A DNA stretch of 63,741 nucleotides. Origin: a virus (taxonomy: Duplodnaviria > Caudoviricetes). The notes below the pieces were generated by a model, which did not search any database, was not told the DNA's origin, and saw nothing but the letters and a program-made list of their open reading frames with translations. Made by a program: the position numbers and the translations under genes. The DNA lies in the IMG/VR virus record IMGVR_UViG_3300048804_000006, positions 1 through 63,741 of that record; one strand, 5' to 3'. Positions 37,037 to 47,279 of the stretch are shown here, piece by piece (position 1 is the first letter of the stretch; each line of letters begins with the position of its first letter).

Positions 37037-37981
37037 TTATTTTGATGGAGCGGCAACTTCCGCCCTACATAGCAATTCCGAGACGCGATCACGTTTTGCC
37101 TGTTCAACTACCACCGGAGCCGCGACATCACGCTTTGGCTCGACCGGAGCTACCGGCTCGACAATGGGAGTTACGAGCGGATTGGATATAGGAGGATCGG
37201 CATCACGCTTCTCATCCTGATAACCTTTCGCTATGATCGTCTTGGCCTGCTTATCGCTGAACCCTGCATCACGTAGGGCCTTTTCCGCTGATCGTTTGAG
37301 TTTGGATGCCGACTGGTTACGATGGCTGAGAGAGTCGGGGACTTTCGCGTAGATTGAGAGGTCGTAGGAACCCTCGACTGGCTGGCCGTCATAGATCCGG
37401 TCGATCATCCCGCAATCCAATGCTTCCTGAGCAGTCATCCAGGTTTCTGCCTCCATCATAGGCAGCATCTCTTCCTTTTTCATGCCGGTTTTCTTGGCAT
37501 AGTCGTTGGCTATGGAGTCGTTGATTTTGGAATGTAACGCCATCTCCTTCTGCATATCATCACAGAGTTCCTGAAGGTCGTCCTCATTGAAGTAACCGAG
37601 GATGTCAATCATCGACATCGCCTTATGAATCATAATGAATCCGCCATCAACCATCTCGATCTCATTGGCACCCATCATCATGAACGAGGCTGCGGAGGCG
37701 GATAGCCCGTCTACGTGCGCGATTACGTTGGCCTTGTGCTGCTCAATGCAGGTTTTCATTGCCCGAGCCGCGAAGATATCGCCACCGGATGAGTCGATTC
37801 GGAGATGGATTGTATCGGCAGTGATTGCATTGAACTCCTTGATCCACTCTTGGTGGTCGATCCCGAACCAGCCGCCGATGTCGCCGTAAAGGTAGATAGT
37901 CGCCTCGGTGGGGGACTTGTCAGTGATGGATTCGCGTTTATTCGACCGTGATCGCACGGAAGTCTTATGGGTTATCAACAT
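37037..37981 (-). CDS. ClpP-type prohead protease
   Basis: IYLYGDIG, IDSSGGD, DGLSASAAS, MIHKA, ETWMTAQEA. Confidence 0.93.
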   Translation of the reverse strand: MLITHKTSVRSRSNKRESITDKSPTEATIYLYGDIGGWFGIDHQEWIKEFNAITADTIHLRIDSSGGDIFAARAMKTCIEQHKANVIAHVDGLSASAASFMMMGANEIEMVDGGFIMIHKAMSMIDILGYFNEDDLQELCDDMQKEMALHSKINDSIANDYAKKTGMKKEEMLPMMEAETWMTAQEALDCGMIDRIYDGQPVEGSYDLSIYAKVPDSLSHRNQSASKLKRSAEKALRDAGFSDKQAKTIIAKGYQDEKRDADPPISNPLVTPIVEPVAPVEPKRDVAAPVVVEQAKRDRVSELLCRAEVAAPSK

Positions 37982-38111
37982 TGGGGCCTCCTTTATCGGC
38001 AAGAGTGACAAGATGAACATTGCCTACAAATCTTACCTTTGCTGTTTATTATGTCCAAGGGAAAAGTCATTTTAGCCATCTTCTCTATTTTCGGCTTCTC
38101 ATATTTTTTGT

Positions 38112-38336
38112 TCATTTGGCTTTTCCCAAACACCTTCCATCCGCGTCAAGATGAACATCCATGCAACCGCATTGATAAACACCGGGAATTGGACTAACAT
38201 TGAATTTGCACTCTCCATTGTCACAAGTCAGGCCGACCTTCCGTAATTTGCAACCGTTGACTGTCCACCAGTTGCATTCCTTGGCTTCGCAAAAGTATCG
38301 ACCATTGCATTTTCTGAACACGCCCGACCGTTTCAC
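38112..38336 (-). CDS. Cys-rich small protein (DUF1540-like)
   Basis: Two C....C.(W/F)....C units. Confidence 0.6.
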   Translation of the reverse strand: MKRSGVFRKCNGRYFCEAKECNWWTVNGCKLRKVGLTCDNGECKFNVSPIPGVYQCGCMDVHLDADGRCLGKAK

Positions 38337-40222
38337 TTTTCCACCTTGGCAACAATGATTAAATGTCTTTCCGCAGCCTCATCAAACTCCTCTTCGGGAT
38401 GGGTGTAAATGTCCAAGATAGAGAAATTGTTTTTCTTCATCAAATTGACAAACTCGTTTACGGTAACAAACGATTCTTTCGACCCATCGATTCTTTCCAC
38501 ATCTGAATAAACATAAAGAGTCATCATCCCTTTCTTCTTGAGAACTCGGTCAATTTCAGGGATGCTCTTATTCATGTTGGTAGAATGCAAAACACTTAAC
38601 GAGAACACAGAATCAAAGGAATTGTCGGAGAATTTTAACGACTCCGCACTCCCGACTTGGAAATCTATCTCAACACCAGCGTCTTTTGCGTTTTGCTTGG
38701 CTATCTCTATCGCTTCAGGAACGATGTCGATTGCGGTTACTTTGAGTCCTGCCAAAGCGAACAGGATTGAATCGCGACCGTTACCGCAACCAATTTCCAA
38801 GATGGATTTCTTACTCTTCACTAACAATTCCTGAGCGAAACTCTGAGCCAATTGAGATGATTGCATAGATTCCGTCCAATGAGCGTCACCCTCTTCGTAA
38901 ATCTTTTTCCACGGAACCTTTTCCTTTTTCTGATTTACTATATTCGCAGGCTTGGCCTCTTTCGGAGCTGTCGGATTAGAGGTTACGGTTGGTTTCGATT
39001 GATTTTTCATCCACTCATCTATTTTACTGAGCGGGATCATATTGTTAACTGCTATAAATGGCTCGTCGGCGTATGCGTCGGGGAATGGATCGAAGTTTTC
39101 CTTCCGGCGTATGTCGTTGATGGTCATCCCGCCGATCCCAGACATTGTTTTATAGTAAGCGGCGCGATCCGCATTGTTGCCACGGAGTAAGCCATCGAAG
39201 TTATGGCGGAAATAAAGGAATTGCTTGAATCGCTCGTTGTCGGAGAGTAATTGGAGATCGAGATTCTGTTCAAAGTTGATTGCAACCGGCAATAAAGAAT
39301 CTACAACATACGAAATTTGTTCATTTTCTATGTTGTTGTTGGTGGAGCTTTGCATCGCTTTCAGTTTGTGGACCGGGAGATTGAACCATCTCGCGATCTC
39401 CGGGATTTGGAACTCGCGGGACTCTAAAAATTGTGCGTCCTCAGGCGGGATGCCGATTTTCTCTAACTTCATCCCCTCTTGGAGCAATAAAACTCGGTGA
39501 GCATTGGATAACCCTTCGTATTCCTCAGCAAACGCCTCCCTGAACGCCTTCGGATCTTTCATTGTGCCGGGATGAGATACAGCAACTCCCGGATGCGAGC
39601 CTTGGCCGAAGAATAGCGATCCAAAGGTCTCCATCGCCATCCCGAGGCCGATTGATTTCCGAGCCATCGCGATTACAGAGTAGCCTTGGAAGCCGTCGAA
39701 TCCGAGTCCGGGGATATGGAGGATCTTGTCACGGGTGAAGGTGTAAGTTTGGGTGTCTACGGTGATTTTATAAACGAGTTGGCCGTCTTCCATTGTAGGT
39801 GTCACACGATTAGGGGATATCGGCCAGAGTTGAGTAATTTCCCCGTAGCCGTTGCGGACCTTCTCAGCATAACAGTTCCCCCATGTCATTAAGTGAGCGA
39901 TCATAGTTGACCGGCCTACGCTGGCAGTCATGATGGGATTGAATGCGGAATGGAGGACGTGGAATAGTCGCCGGTCGCGGACTTCAACTGTTTTCTTGTT
40001 GGCGCTTTGGAGGAGATGGAGCGGTAAAGTTGATAGCGAACCGGAGTAGAGGTTGATTGCATTCCAGACAGCTGAGTAGGTGAGGGCAGATGACTCGTTA
40101 ACATTGGAGCCGGAGATATCCTGCGAGCCAGCGAGATTCCATAGAGAAGGCTGCCAGCTTTTCTCATCGCTGAGGGATAAATTAATGAATGGGAGTCTCG
40201 GCAACCGTCCAACAATCGACAT
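38333..40222 (-). CDS. HK97-family portal protein fused to a C-terminal class I SAM methyltransferase
   Basis: Portal motifs WGNCYA, LWPISP, ILHIPG..FDG..GYS, DAQFLESR, MTINDIR; then LEIGCGNG, AIDI, FSDNSFDSV, IDRVLK..G. Confidence 0.92.
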   Translation of the reverse strand: MSIVGRLPRLPFINLSLSDEKSWQPSLWNLAGSQDISGSNVNESSALTYSAVWNAINLYSGSLSTLPLHLLQSANKKTVEVRDRRLFHVLHSAFNPIMTASVGRSTMIAHLMTWGNCYAEKVRNGYGEITQLWPISPNRVTPTMEDGQLVYKITVDTQTYTFTRDKILHIPGLGFDGFQGYSVIAMARKSIGLGMAMETFGSLFFGQGSHPGVAVSHPGTMKDPKAFREAFAEEYEGLSNAHRVLLLQEGMKLEKIGIPPEDAQFLESREFQIPEIARWFNLPVHKLKAMQSSTNNNIENEQISYVVDSLLPVAINFEQNLDLQLLSDNERFKQFLYFRHNFDGLLRGNNADRAAYYKTMSGIGGMTINDIRRKENFDPFPDAYADEPFIAVNNMIPLSKIDEWMKNQSKPTVTSNPTAPKEAKPANIVNQKKEKVPWKKIYEEGDAHWTESMQSSQLAQSFAQELLVKSKKSILEIGCGNGRDSILFALAGLKVTAIDIVPEAIEIAKQNAKDAGVEIDFQVGSAESLKFSDNSFDSVFSLSVLHSTNMNKSIPEIDRVLKKKGMMTLYVYSDVERIDGSKESFVTVNEFVNLMKKNNFSILDIYTHPEEEFDEAAERHLIIVAKVEK

Positions 40223-40332
40223 TAATTAACGCATTGCCTTCACACTTTCCCGAGGTGTTGATGCCTGTGGTTATCTTTGGGGGAAGCTGGCAGGGATTCC
40301 AGTTTTCAGGCCGTCGCCTTATCCCCCTAGGT

Positions 40333-40533
40333 TTATTTGCTCTTCATCGCCAACGCAATGAGAATTAACAGAAACCCTCCGACCGAGAATCCGACCCACG
40401 GGGCCAAAAGCCATAATCCGTAGCCGGTTAATGCCAAGCCGCTGAAAAGAAAAAAATCCCGTATGTCGAATGAATTGCTAATCGACGAAGCGAGAGATCC
40501 AAAGGCTTGGGAGAGTTTGTTTATAATTCCCAT
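40333..40533 (-). CDS. Small two-TM membrane protein upstream of the portal
   Basis: Two hydrophobic helices; usual position in HK97-like phages. Confidence 0.7.
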   Translation of the reverse strand: MGIINKLSQAFGSLASSISNSFDIRDFFLFSGLALTGYGLWLLAPWVGFSVGGFLLILIALAMKSK

Positions 40534-40692
40534 CGGTTAGTGTCGCATAATCAAATAGTCCTGTGAGTTTTATGGGCGGGTAGAACAATCGTTCCACCCC
40601 GTTTGGTAGAGAAATAAACTAAAATTGTGGGATTGTCAAGAATTATTTTTGGTATGTAGGCGGGATTGTTGGATTTAATATAGTAGATTAAA

Positions 40693-41661
40693 TTAGAATA
40701 AATCCCCCTGTGATGAAATTTCTTTACGATAACTCACCCCGATGTAATCCATCACCTTGCTTAATCCTAAGTCATTTATACAATATTCATAAATCTTTGG
40801 ATGGGTTCGCTCCATTCTTTGAAACCGATTCTCGCCCTTTTCAAGATGAACGCCAAACATGCAGAACATGCAACCAGTCCGTTGCTCGCCGGTTGTGAAT
40901 AATTTTCCATCCGGCCCCTCTTTAATCTCTCCGTAAATTGATGAGTATGGGAGATCGAATTGCTTAATGTATTGCAAAATGTCTTGATGGAGCCAAAACG
41001 CAATTGGCTGCGACAATGGATGTTTCGATTCAAACGACTGGCACCCATTTTTGAGATATTGCCTCTCCCTTAACAGGCTTTCATCAGCCATTGTCCCCGA
41101 CATCCCCTTCCTGCCAGTCTGCTTTTCGTATTGATGAAATGGACGCTTCTTCATTACATCACAACACTTCTCTGATATTTTGAATGGAGCCTCAGCCAAT
41201 CTTATATATTTCTTAGGTATTTTCTGAGAAGGGCAGTAGACTCCACTTTGATTCATTCCGGTAAGCCTTAAATTCACTGTCTTTTTATTTTGATCCCCCG
41301 ATCTCTGCAAATCATTTATAAACCTACTTACATTTTTACTCACCACTGGATAGCCGTATTTTGCCAAAACCTCCTTGAACCCGATCTTCGGCTTCATCCA
41401 TTCCACATTATCCCAAGTCTTTACAAAGCTCCTGATCTCTGGATATTCCAATCCGGTATCGGCAAAAACTGCCGGAATTTCTGGATATAGACTTCGGGCA
41501 ATAGCCAAAAGAACCGTGCTGTCAAGGCCGCCCGAGAAAGACACATAAATCTCTCCACCCCAATAATTGTACCAAGCTGTAATTCGATGCTCGGTATATT
41601 TTATTTTCAATTCAAGGGGCAATCCCTGCCTTTGGCGAAGCTGCCACATTTCAACTTTCAT
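40693..41661 (-). CDS. PAPS reductase-family (PP-loop, Fe-S) protein
   Basis: SFSGGLDS, DTGLEYPE, CC..MKK.P, RTGCMFC. Confidence 0.9.
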   Translation of the reverse strand: MKVEMWQLRQRQGLPLELKIKYTEHRITAWYNYWGGEIYVSFSGGLDSTVLLAIARSLYPEIPAVFADTGLEYPEIRSFVKTWDNVEWMKPKIGFKEVLAKYGYPVVSKNVSRFINDLQRSGDQNKKTVNLRLTGMNQSGVYCPSQKIPKKYIRLAEAPFKISEKCCDVMKKRPFHQYEKQTGRKGMSGTMADESLLRERQYLKNGCQSFESKHPLSQPIAFWLHQDILQYIKQFDLPYSSIYGEIKEGPDGKLFTTGEQRTGCMFCMFGVHLEKGENRFQRMERTHPKIYEYCINDLGLSKVMDYIGVSYRKEISSQGDLF

Positions 41662-43502
41662 TACAATTCCCCTCTCAATTTCTTCCTCATGTCCTCTTTA
41701 CTTAACCCATCATAAACACTTCCAGTCTCTACCGCTTTCATCGCTCGTGAAACTGCCATTATCAGGGCAACCACCGCATCTATTTTGAACTCGTTTTTCT
41801 CCTTGGTAGGGTAGTAATATTTCACCGGCCCCGAGTTACGGCCCTGTTTCCTTACGGTATTCCCCATCATCCAAGTCATCACCGGGTCGCCATCAAACCA
41901 GAGAGTTTGCGAATAAATGCGGCCTTCGGTTTCCTTCATCGGCTCGGACATTAATTGCGGACCTTGGGTGATCTCCACGCACCGGCTGACTTCATCGCCA
42001 TCAACGGTATGAGATCCAAGCCATTCGGAGACGTTGCTGATTAAGTAATTCGCCTCACGGGGGTCGAATGCCAATTCGATAATCGGGTGGTCGATATTGA
42101 TCCCCTTGAGGTCGTTCTCAATGTATAAAAAATCCGTCCTCGCGCCGGGAGTCTCGGTAATATAACCCTCCTTGACCCATTTGATGTAGTGGTCATTACC
42201 AGCGAGCTGGATAGTTTCCTCGGGGAGGTAGTATTTACCGAATACGATAAAGTCCTTTTGGATGATCTCGCGTTCGACTTCCTCCTTGGTCTCGGGATCG
42301 ATGAGTAGACGGGTTATGGTGCGTTCCTTGCCTTCAAATAGGAGTACAAGAGCACAGATGTCGATCTTGGAGGCCAAGTCGAGCGCGGCGTAACAGGGCT
42401 GGCCCTTGAAATCGGATAGCTTGAGGGATGGATTGGAACACGCCGCCCACTTTGTCATGTTCATCCAAGCTTGACCCGCATTCACCCATCGGTTTAAATG
42501 TTTAGTAAGATTGATGTTTTGCTTGGATACGTCTGTCAATGTCTCGGTGAATTTCCGCTTGAGATAATCTTCTTCGATAGATACCATGTAATTAGGGTTG
42601 GCCTTTTCCCAAGTCCTAAAGTCATCAATCTTATCTTCATCGTCAATCCCGTACATCAAAGCGAAGAACGAGTCGTCTTGAATGGTCCCGTCAAGGATCT
42701 TACAGGCTCGTAAGTATAAATCGTAACAAGGAACTGAGGTGTCAGTGCCTGCGGTAGTCACAACGAGAAGTAATGGTTGCTCTCTTGCGCCCATCCCCGT
42801 CGAGAAGGTATCGAATTGACTTGAGTTTTTCGACTCATGGAACTCATCCACTATGGCATAATGAGGACTCGCCCCATCGCCGGGAACGCCAACCACAAGT
42901 TCAAACCGGGACATGTCGGATAGGCGATAAATAGAGGTTGGATTTTTTGGAGTCCCCGACAGGGACATTTTAAAGCGTTCGCAGAAAGCAGGGTTGTTTT
43001 TGGCCATCATCCAAGCTGGCCTGAACACTTCGAGGGCCTGTTTTTCCGTATTTGCACCCGAATAAACCTCGCTACCCATCTCATCATCAGCTACAAGCCC
43101 ATAAAGTCCCGAGATCGCGCCCACGATGCTTTTGCCATTCTTCCTGGGGATGAGTAACAGGGCCAACGAGAACCGTCTTTTGTTGTTCTTTTTCTTAACC
43201 CAGCCCCAAATAGCACACTCGAAAAACACTTGATGAGGCTCAAGTTTTAACTTCTTCCCGGCCCATTTACCCTTGACATGAACCATCTTTTCGGAGAATG
43301 AACATCGCCGGTTGGCTAATTGTGAGTCGTATCGGTAGAGATAATCAGAGGATTTAGACTTTTCGAGGTCGTCAAGGTGTCTTTTACACGCTAATTTGAT
43401 ATTCCGGCAGGAGAGGATCTTCTCGCTGAGAATGTCTTGGCAATATTCGAGAGCGATTTGTGAATAATTCTTCTCAACAGGCTTAGAAGTTTTCAAACTC
43501 AT
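41661..43502 (-). CDS. terL: Terminase large subunit
   Basis: IPRKNGKS, VDEFH, TTAG, WEKANPN, LDLAS..D, KIDAVVAL. Confidence 0.97.
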   Translation of the reverse strand: MSLKTSKPVEKNYSQIALEYCQDILSEKILSCRNIKLACKRHLDDLEKSKSSDYLYRYDSQLANRRCSFSEKMVHVKGKWAGKKLKLEPHQVFFECAIWGWVKKKNNKRRFSLALLLIPRKNGKSIVGAISGLYGLVADDEMGSEVYSGANTEKQALEVFRPAWMMAKNNPAFCERFKMSLSGTPKNPTSIYRLSDMSRFELVVGVPGDGASPHYAIVDEFHESKNSSQFDTFSTGMGAREQPLLLVVTTAGTDTSVPCYDLYLRACKILDGTIQDDSFFALMYGIDDEDKIDDFRTWEKANPNYMVSIEEDYLKRKFTETLTDVSKQNINLTKHLNRWVNAGQAWMNMTKWAACSNPSLKLSDFKGQPCYAALDLASKIDICALVLLFEGKERTITRLLIDPETKEEVEREIIQKDFIVFGKYYLPEETIQLAGNDHYIKWVKEGYITETPGARTDFLYIENDLKGINIDHPIIELAFDPREANYLISNVSEWLGSHTVDGDEVSRCVEITQGPQLMSEPMKETEGRIYSQTLWFDGDPVMTWMMGNTVRKQGRNSGPVKYYYPTKEKNEFKIDAVVALIMAVSRAMKAVETGSVYDGLSKEDMRKKLRGEL

Positions 43503-43986
43503 TCCTCTCCTTCCCCTTATCCGCCTTAGCCTTCACCCTACCCAAACTACTCGGAGTCAACCCGAATTCAAGCAACAGGGTGTGTAAATGCCGGATCGCA
43601 TCGGATCGCTGCTTGGACTCGGGCCGGGGGTAGGAGCCAATACAGAACTCCACTCCCTCGCGGTTCACACCGTATTTGTCAAAACTCGACCCGTTGATGT
43701 CGATAAACTTGGTAAGCCTTTGGACTTCCTCAAGTCGTGACGCGAGAATCGAGATCCCCTCCGTATGGGTCATTGAGGCCACCGTTATCTCCCCTATCCG
43801 CTTGACCATGAGCTTGAAGATCCGCTTGGCATCCGGATTCAGCCACCGCGGGGGGATGGGGAGTTTGCCGGATGGGACTGGAATAGCCTTCTGCCGGTGA
43901 GGGCGAAATGTCCCCTTGGCCTGCTTCTCAATCATCGGGATTACCTTAGCCCCGCAGCCTGCTCTCGCACCGCCTTTACCCATCAC
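43483..43986 (-). CDS. terS: Terminase small subunit (P27 family)
   Basis: PP.WL, EFGLTPSS; immediately upstream of terL. Confidence 0.9.
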   Translation of the reverse strand: MMGKGGARAGCGAKVIPMIEKQAKGTFRPHRQKAIPVPSGKLPIPPRWLNPDAKRIFKLMVKRIGEITVASMTHTEGISILASRLEEVQRLTKFIDINGSSFDKYGVNREGVEFCIGSYPRPESKQRSDAIRHLHTLLLEFGLTPSSLGRVKAKADKGKERNEFENF

Positions 43987-44171
43987 TATCCCTCCTCTTC
44001 ATTGGCATAGGGGTCTTTATCGAGTCCCATGCACCGCCAACAGGTACATTTCGGAGGCTGTTTTGCGACAACCCATGCCGCGCTTGCGATAGTTTCGGCA
44101 TTGCATCCACCTTCCTGCATTACCGATCCTTCACTCACCCACCACTTTTCAAATGTCACCTGTTCCCCCAT
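43986..44171 (-). CDS. Hypothetical protein
   Basis: FEKWW...CTCWRC; start approximate. Confidence 0.55.
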   Translation of the reverse strand: MGEQVTFEKWWVSEGSVMQEGGCNAETIASAAWVVAKQPPKCTCWRCMGLDKDPYANEEEG

Positions 44172-44544
44172 CTCCTTTCTCATTGATTAATAATTCTGGA
44201 TTTTCATATACATTCCCAATGATTTGGAAACAATCTGCTCCTATTGCAGATACCAAATCTCCTTTTCCGGTTCCATAATTCAAGCACCAACAGCCCATTC
44301 CCCAAAAAACAGATGCTTTCACCTCTCCGGTTTGATCATGATAGCATATAATATCCCCCTCGTAAATCTCCTTGGAATTTTTATCACACAAACCGGTAAA
44401 CATCCCAAAAGTATGCCAATCCACCAATTCCTTCAAACCGGGATAATCCATAAGATCGAAAATATTAAATTTCTGCCAAACAGAAAGTCCCTCCACTTCT
44501 CCCGCCTTATTAATTCTTGCCCTGAATTTAATCTCCCGCATCAC
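44149..44544 (-). CDS. YopX-family protein
   Basis: MREIKFRA, FTGL.DKN.KEIYEGDI, IIGNVYENPELL. Confidence 0.9.
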   Translation of the reverse strand: MMREIKFRARINKAGEVEGLSVWQKFNIFDLMDYPGLKELVDWHTFGMFTGLCDKNSKEIYEGDIICYHDQTGEVKASVFWGMGCWCLNYGTGKGDLVSAIGADCFQIIGNVYENPELLINEKGDGGTGDI

Positions 44545-44786
44545 GCCACCCCCAACACTTTCCGACACTCCAAGCACACCAGCACCGGCTGCTGCGCGGT
44601 CAACTCCTGACCGGTCGGACTCACCAAAGCGCTCACGGTATAGAGTTTAATCGCCGGGGTGAATAGCTCCGACCCGCATTCACACAACTTCGGAGTCGCG
44701 TTCTTCAGATCAACCTGGATCTGCTGCCCCGGCTGGAGTTGCTTGAATTGAACTCCCCTGTCACGCATTCGGATCGCCTCGCCCAT
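44541..44786 (-). CDS. Zn-binding hypothetical protein
   Basis: CECG...CLEC. Confidence 0.7.
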   Translation of the reverse strand: MGEAIRMRDRGVQFKQLQPGQQIQVDLKNATPKLCECGSELFTPAIKLYTVSALVSPTGQELTAQQPVLVCLECRKVLGVA

Positions 44787-44788
44787 GA

Positions 44789-44998
44789 TTACCCTCTCCT
44801 TTCTGTGATAATGTCAAACGCCTTGGCCTTCACCCTTTGGATCTCATTGTTTAGCTCATCAATTCGGTGGCACATGGAAACATTACACTCTGCCTGAATC
44901 TTGAGCATCCGCCGCTGAGTCTTGATTGTCTCTCGCTTGGACATTTTCTTCATTAATAGCTCCTTTCTAAAGTAACCGCATTGATAATTCTTCCTCAA
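44789..44998 (-). CDS. Hypothetical protein
   Basis: Packed ORF; likely start MKKMSK. Confidence 0.55.
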   Translation of the reverse strand: MRKNYQCGYFRKELLMKKMSKRETIKTQRRMLKIQAECNVSMCHRIDELNNEIQRVKAKAFDIITERRG

Positions 44999-45573
44999 CT
45001 CTCCCTATCCGCTGCTGCATGATTATGTTCATACACCCTCTCAATAAAAGCCATAAACTCTGATTGACTCATTATATTCTTAGCCGTATTGCAATATTTA
45101 CAACAGGCCACCATATTCCCTTTTGTATATCCTCCCTTACTATCAATTCTGTCAATCCCATTATATCTAACAATAGTATCGCTTGTTTTATTTCCACAAC
45201 TATTCCTATCTGTTGCGAAATTAGAACTCTCAGTTCCGCAATAAAAACACAAACCTTGTGACATGCGAATAAATTCTTCCAATGATATGTCTGACAGGAT
45301 GCCCCATTTTTTACTTCTTTTTATTATTGTTGACTGATAAAGCTGTTTCCACACCGCCAATGTCCGATCTTTTACTTTATTGGGAGGCGTAAGCCTATTA
45401 CACCCACAACTTTTACTTTTTCCGCTTCGTATGCTTTCTCCGGTTGTCACATGGGATTTGCCACAATCACAAATGCACTCCCATTTTATCTGTCTCGTGG
45501 CTCCCCTCTCATTAAGCCTTTTCAACACCATTAACTTTCCAAATCTTTTACCTGCAATATTTATTACTTCCAT
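44995..45573 (-). CDS. Free-standing HNH-type endonuclease
   Basis: GKRFGKL..W.C.CDCG..SKSCGC; CFYCG..NGIDRIDS..GY...N.V.CC..CN..K. Confidence 0.9.
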   Translation of the reverse strand: MEVINIAGKRFGKLMVLKRLNERGATRQIKWECICDCGKSHVTTGESIRSGKSKSCGCNRLTPPNKVKDRTLAVWKQLYQSTIIKRSKKWGILSDISLEEFIRMSQGLCFYCGTESSNFATDRNSCGNKTSDTIVRYNGIDRIDSKGGYTKGNMVACCKYCNTAKNIMSQSEFMAFIERVYEHNHAAADRES

Positions 45574-45611
45574 CGCTATCTCCCCTTGTTTGATATTAGT
45601 GTTAATTGAAC

Positions 45612-46424
45612 TTAATCACAATTATCAAACAAAGGCAAGATCTTTTTTTGTAAATATTCTTCGATTCGCTTCCTTCCGATTTCACAATATGTAGCATCCT
45701 TTTCAATGCAAATATATTTTCGATTAGTATTCATGGCTGCGATGGCAGTCGTAAATGATCCCGCGCAATTATCAAGCACCATGTCGCCTTCATTCGTGTA
45801 GGTGAGAATAAGGTACTCAAACAGGGCTACGGGCTTCTGGGTGGGGTGAGGATATTCTTTACCACATCTCCCAGTTGGCAATTTTATATCTATGATGGAT
45901 CGTGGGGAACGCAATCCATCTGCTTTCAATGTCGTCGGGATTTGAGCAATATTATTGCTTTCAGTTGCCTTGGATGCAGGCATAGTCCGTTCTTTGCCTT
46001 TCGGGTGACATTTTAACGAATAATCAGATCGTGATATACGGATCGGATTATAGGTAGGGTGCTTATTGTAAAATACGGCAATATTTTCATGCTCCTTAAA
46101 CGGCATATATTTAACAGTCGCAAAATTACTTCCAACTCCCTTGTTCCAAATCCATTCATACTTAAACATTTTCAGATTACTTGCTATTAGAGCCGTGGTG
46201 AACGGCTGGCTTGCCGTCAGCACTATCGCCCCGTTGTCCTTAATCAGCCGCTTGTATTGCGCCCAAAGAGGCTCAAAGGGGATGATGGTGTCCCATTTAC
46301 AGGCTGTCGTGCCGTAGGGGAGATCACAAAGGATTAAATCTATTGACTTATCCGCCAGCGTCGGCATAATAGTCAGGCAATTCCCGTGGTATAATTTATT
46401 CTCCATTACCCCCTCTTCTTCCAC
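45612..46424 (-). CDS. DNA amino-methyltransferase (beta class)
   Basis: CDLPYG, HPTQKP, VLDNCAGS. Confidence 0.93.
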   Translation of the reverse strand: MEEEGVMENKLYHGNCLTIMPTLADKSIDLILCDLPYGTTACKWDTIIPFEPLWAQYKRLIKDNGAIVLTASQPFTTALIASNLKMFKYEWIWNKGVGSNFATVKYMPFKEHENIAVFYNKHPTYNPIRISRSDYSLKCHPKGKERTMPASKATESNNIAQIPTTLKADGLRSPRSIIDIKLPTGRCGKEYPHPTQKPVALFEYLILTYTNEGDMVLDNCAGSFTTAIAAMNTNRKYICIEKDATYCEIGRKRIEEYLQKKILPLFDNCD

Positions 46425-46768
46425 CGTTCCGGGCCGTGGATTGCCTCATGGTGTTTTTGACAAATTCCAACCCAGTTGGATTGGTCCCAGAACTTTTCCC
46501 AATTCCCTGCATGCGGGATTTTATGATGAATAATGTAGGTAGGCTCAACCTTACCCTCCCGTTCACATTCAGCACATAGAGGATGATCGGATTTATAAAT
46601 TGAAATCGCGACTCGGTATCTCGTTGAGTGAATCCATTTCCGCCAAGGTTCATTTTCTCTCTCCTTCTCGTATTTCAGATCCGCCTGCTTGATATGACTC
46701 TCGCACCGACCACGGGGAACAAGTTTATTGCATCCGGGATAGGTGCATGGCTTGAGTGGGATCAGCAT
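46406..46768 (-). CDS. HK97 gp74-like HNH terminase cofactor
   Basis: KPC.YPGC, HPLC.EC, HHKIPH.G..FWD.SNW..IC..HH. Confidence 0.88.
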   Translation of the reverse strand: MLIPLKPCTYPGCNKLVPRGRCESHIKQADLKYEKERENEPWRKWIHSTRYRVAISIYKSDHPLCAECEREGKVEPTYIIHHKIPHAGNWEKFWDQSNWVGICQKHHEAIHGPERWKKRG

Positions 46769-46888
46769 TTACCACCCCTAAAAAACTGCCATGTTGAGAG
46801 AATCGAAGGCGTCCCCTCTTCCTGTCTACTATGGCTGCCCCGCATTAAGCGGTGCCTCGTCATACAGTATCTCCCAACACGGCATGTA

Positions 46889-47188
46889 TTAACATTCCAG
46901 CCACGTCCACCCCACGACATCCTCAACCGGCCCATGCCAACCCTCCAACTCCGAATCCCACTCCATCCACATCGTCGCGCCACTCAACCGATCCACATCC
47001 CACCGGCACATCAACACTCTCGAATTAATCAACTCCTGTGGATCATCCTCGTAATCATTACCGGGGCAACAGAAAACGAGAGCAATCCGGCCCCGCGAGT
47101 CAGCGTCAGGATCGAAGTGCTCATTCCAGTCGATAGATTTGAGGCACTTTGCAAGCAGTTTCCGGTGGCGTGTATTTTCGAGTGGCAT
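46889..47188 (-). CDS. Hypothetical protein
   Basis: Probable start MPLENT (SD AAAGGA), downstream of a promoter. Confidence 0.6.
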   Translation of the reverse strand: MPLENTRHRKLLAKCLKSIDWNEHFDPDADSRGRIALVFCCPGNDYEDDPQELINSRVLMCRWDVDRLSGATMWMEWDSELEGWHGPVEDVVGWTWLEC

Positions 47189-47212
47189 AATCAATCCTTT
47201 CAAGTCGAGCAC

Positions 47213-47241
47213 ATATTAAATCTAATTTAATATATTGTCAA
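47213..47241 (-). promoter_or_regulatory. Sigma70 promoter with perfect palindromic operator ATATTAAAT-CTA-ATTTAATAT
   Basis: TTGACA-17 bp-TAATAT; 9-bp arms at 47213-47233. Confidence 0.75.
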
Positions 47242-47279
47242 GAAAAATCTTATAGAACAAGCGTTCCATAAAACTCTCT

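Noticed and set aside
41661-43502. Intein or intron in terL
   Set aside because: The length is normal, with only a short charged insertion and no intein terminal motifs
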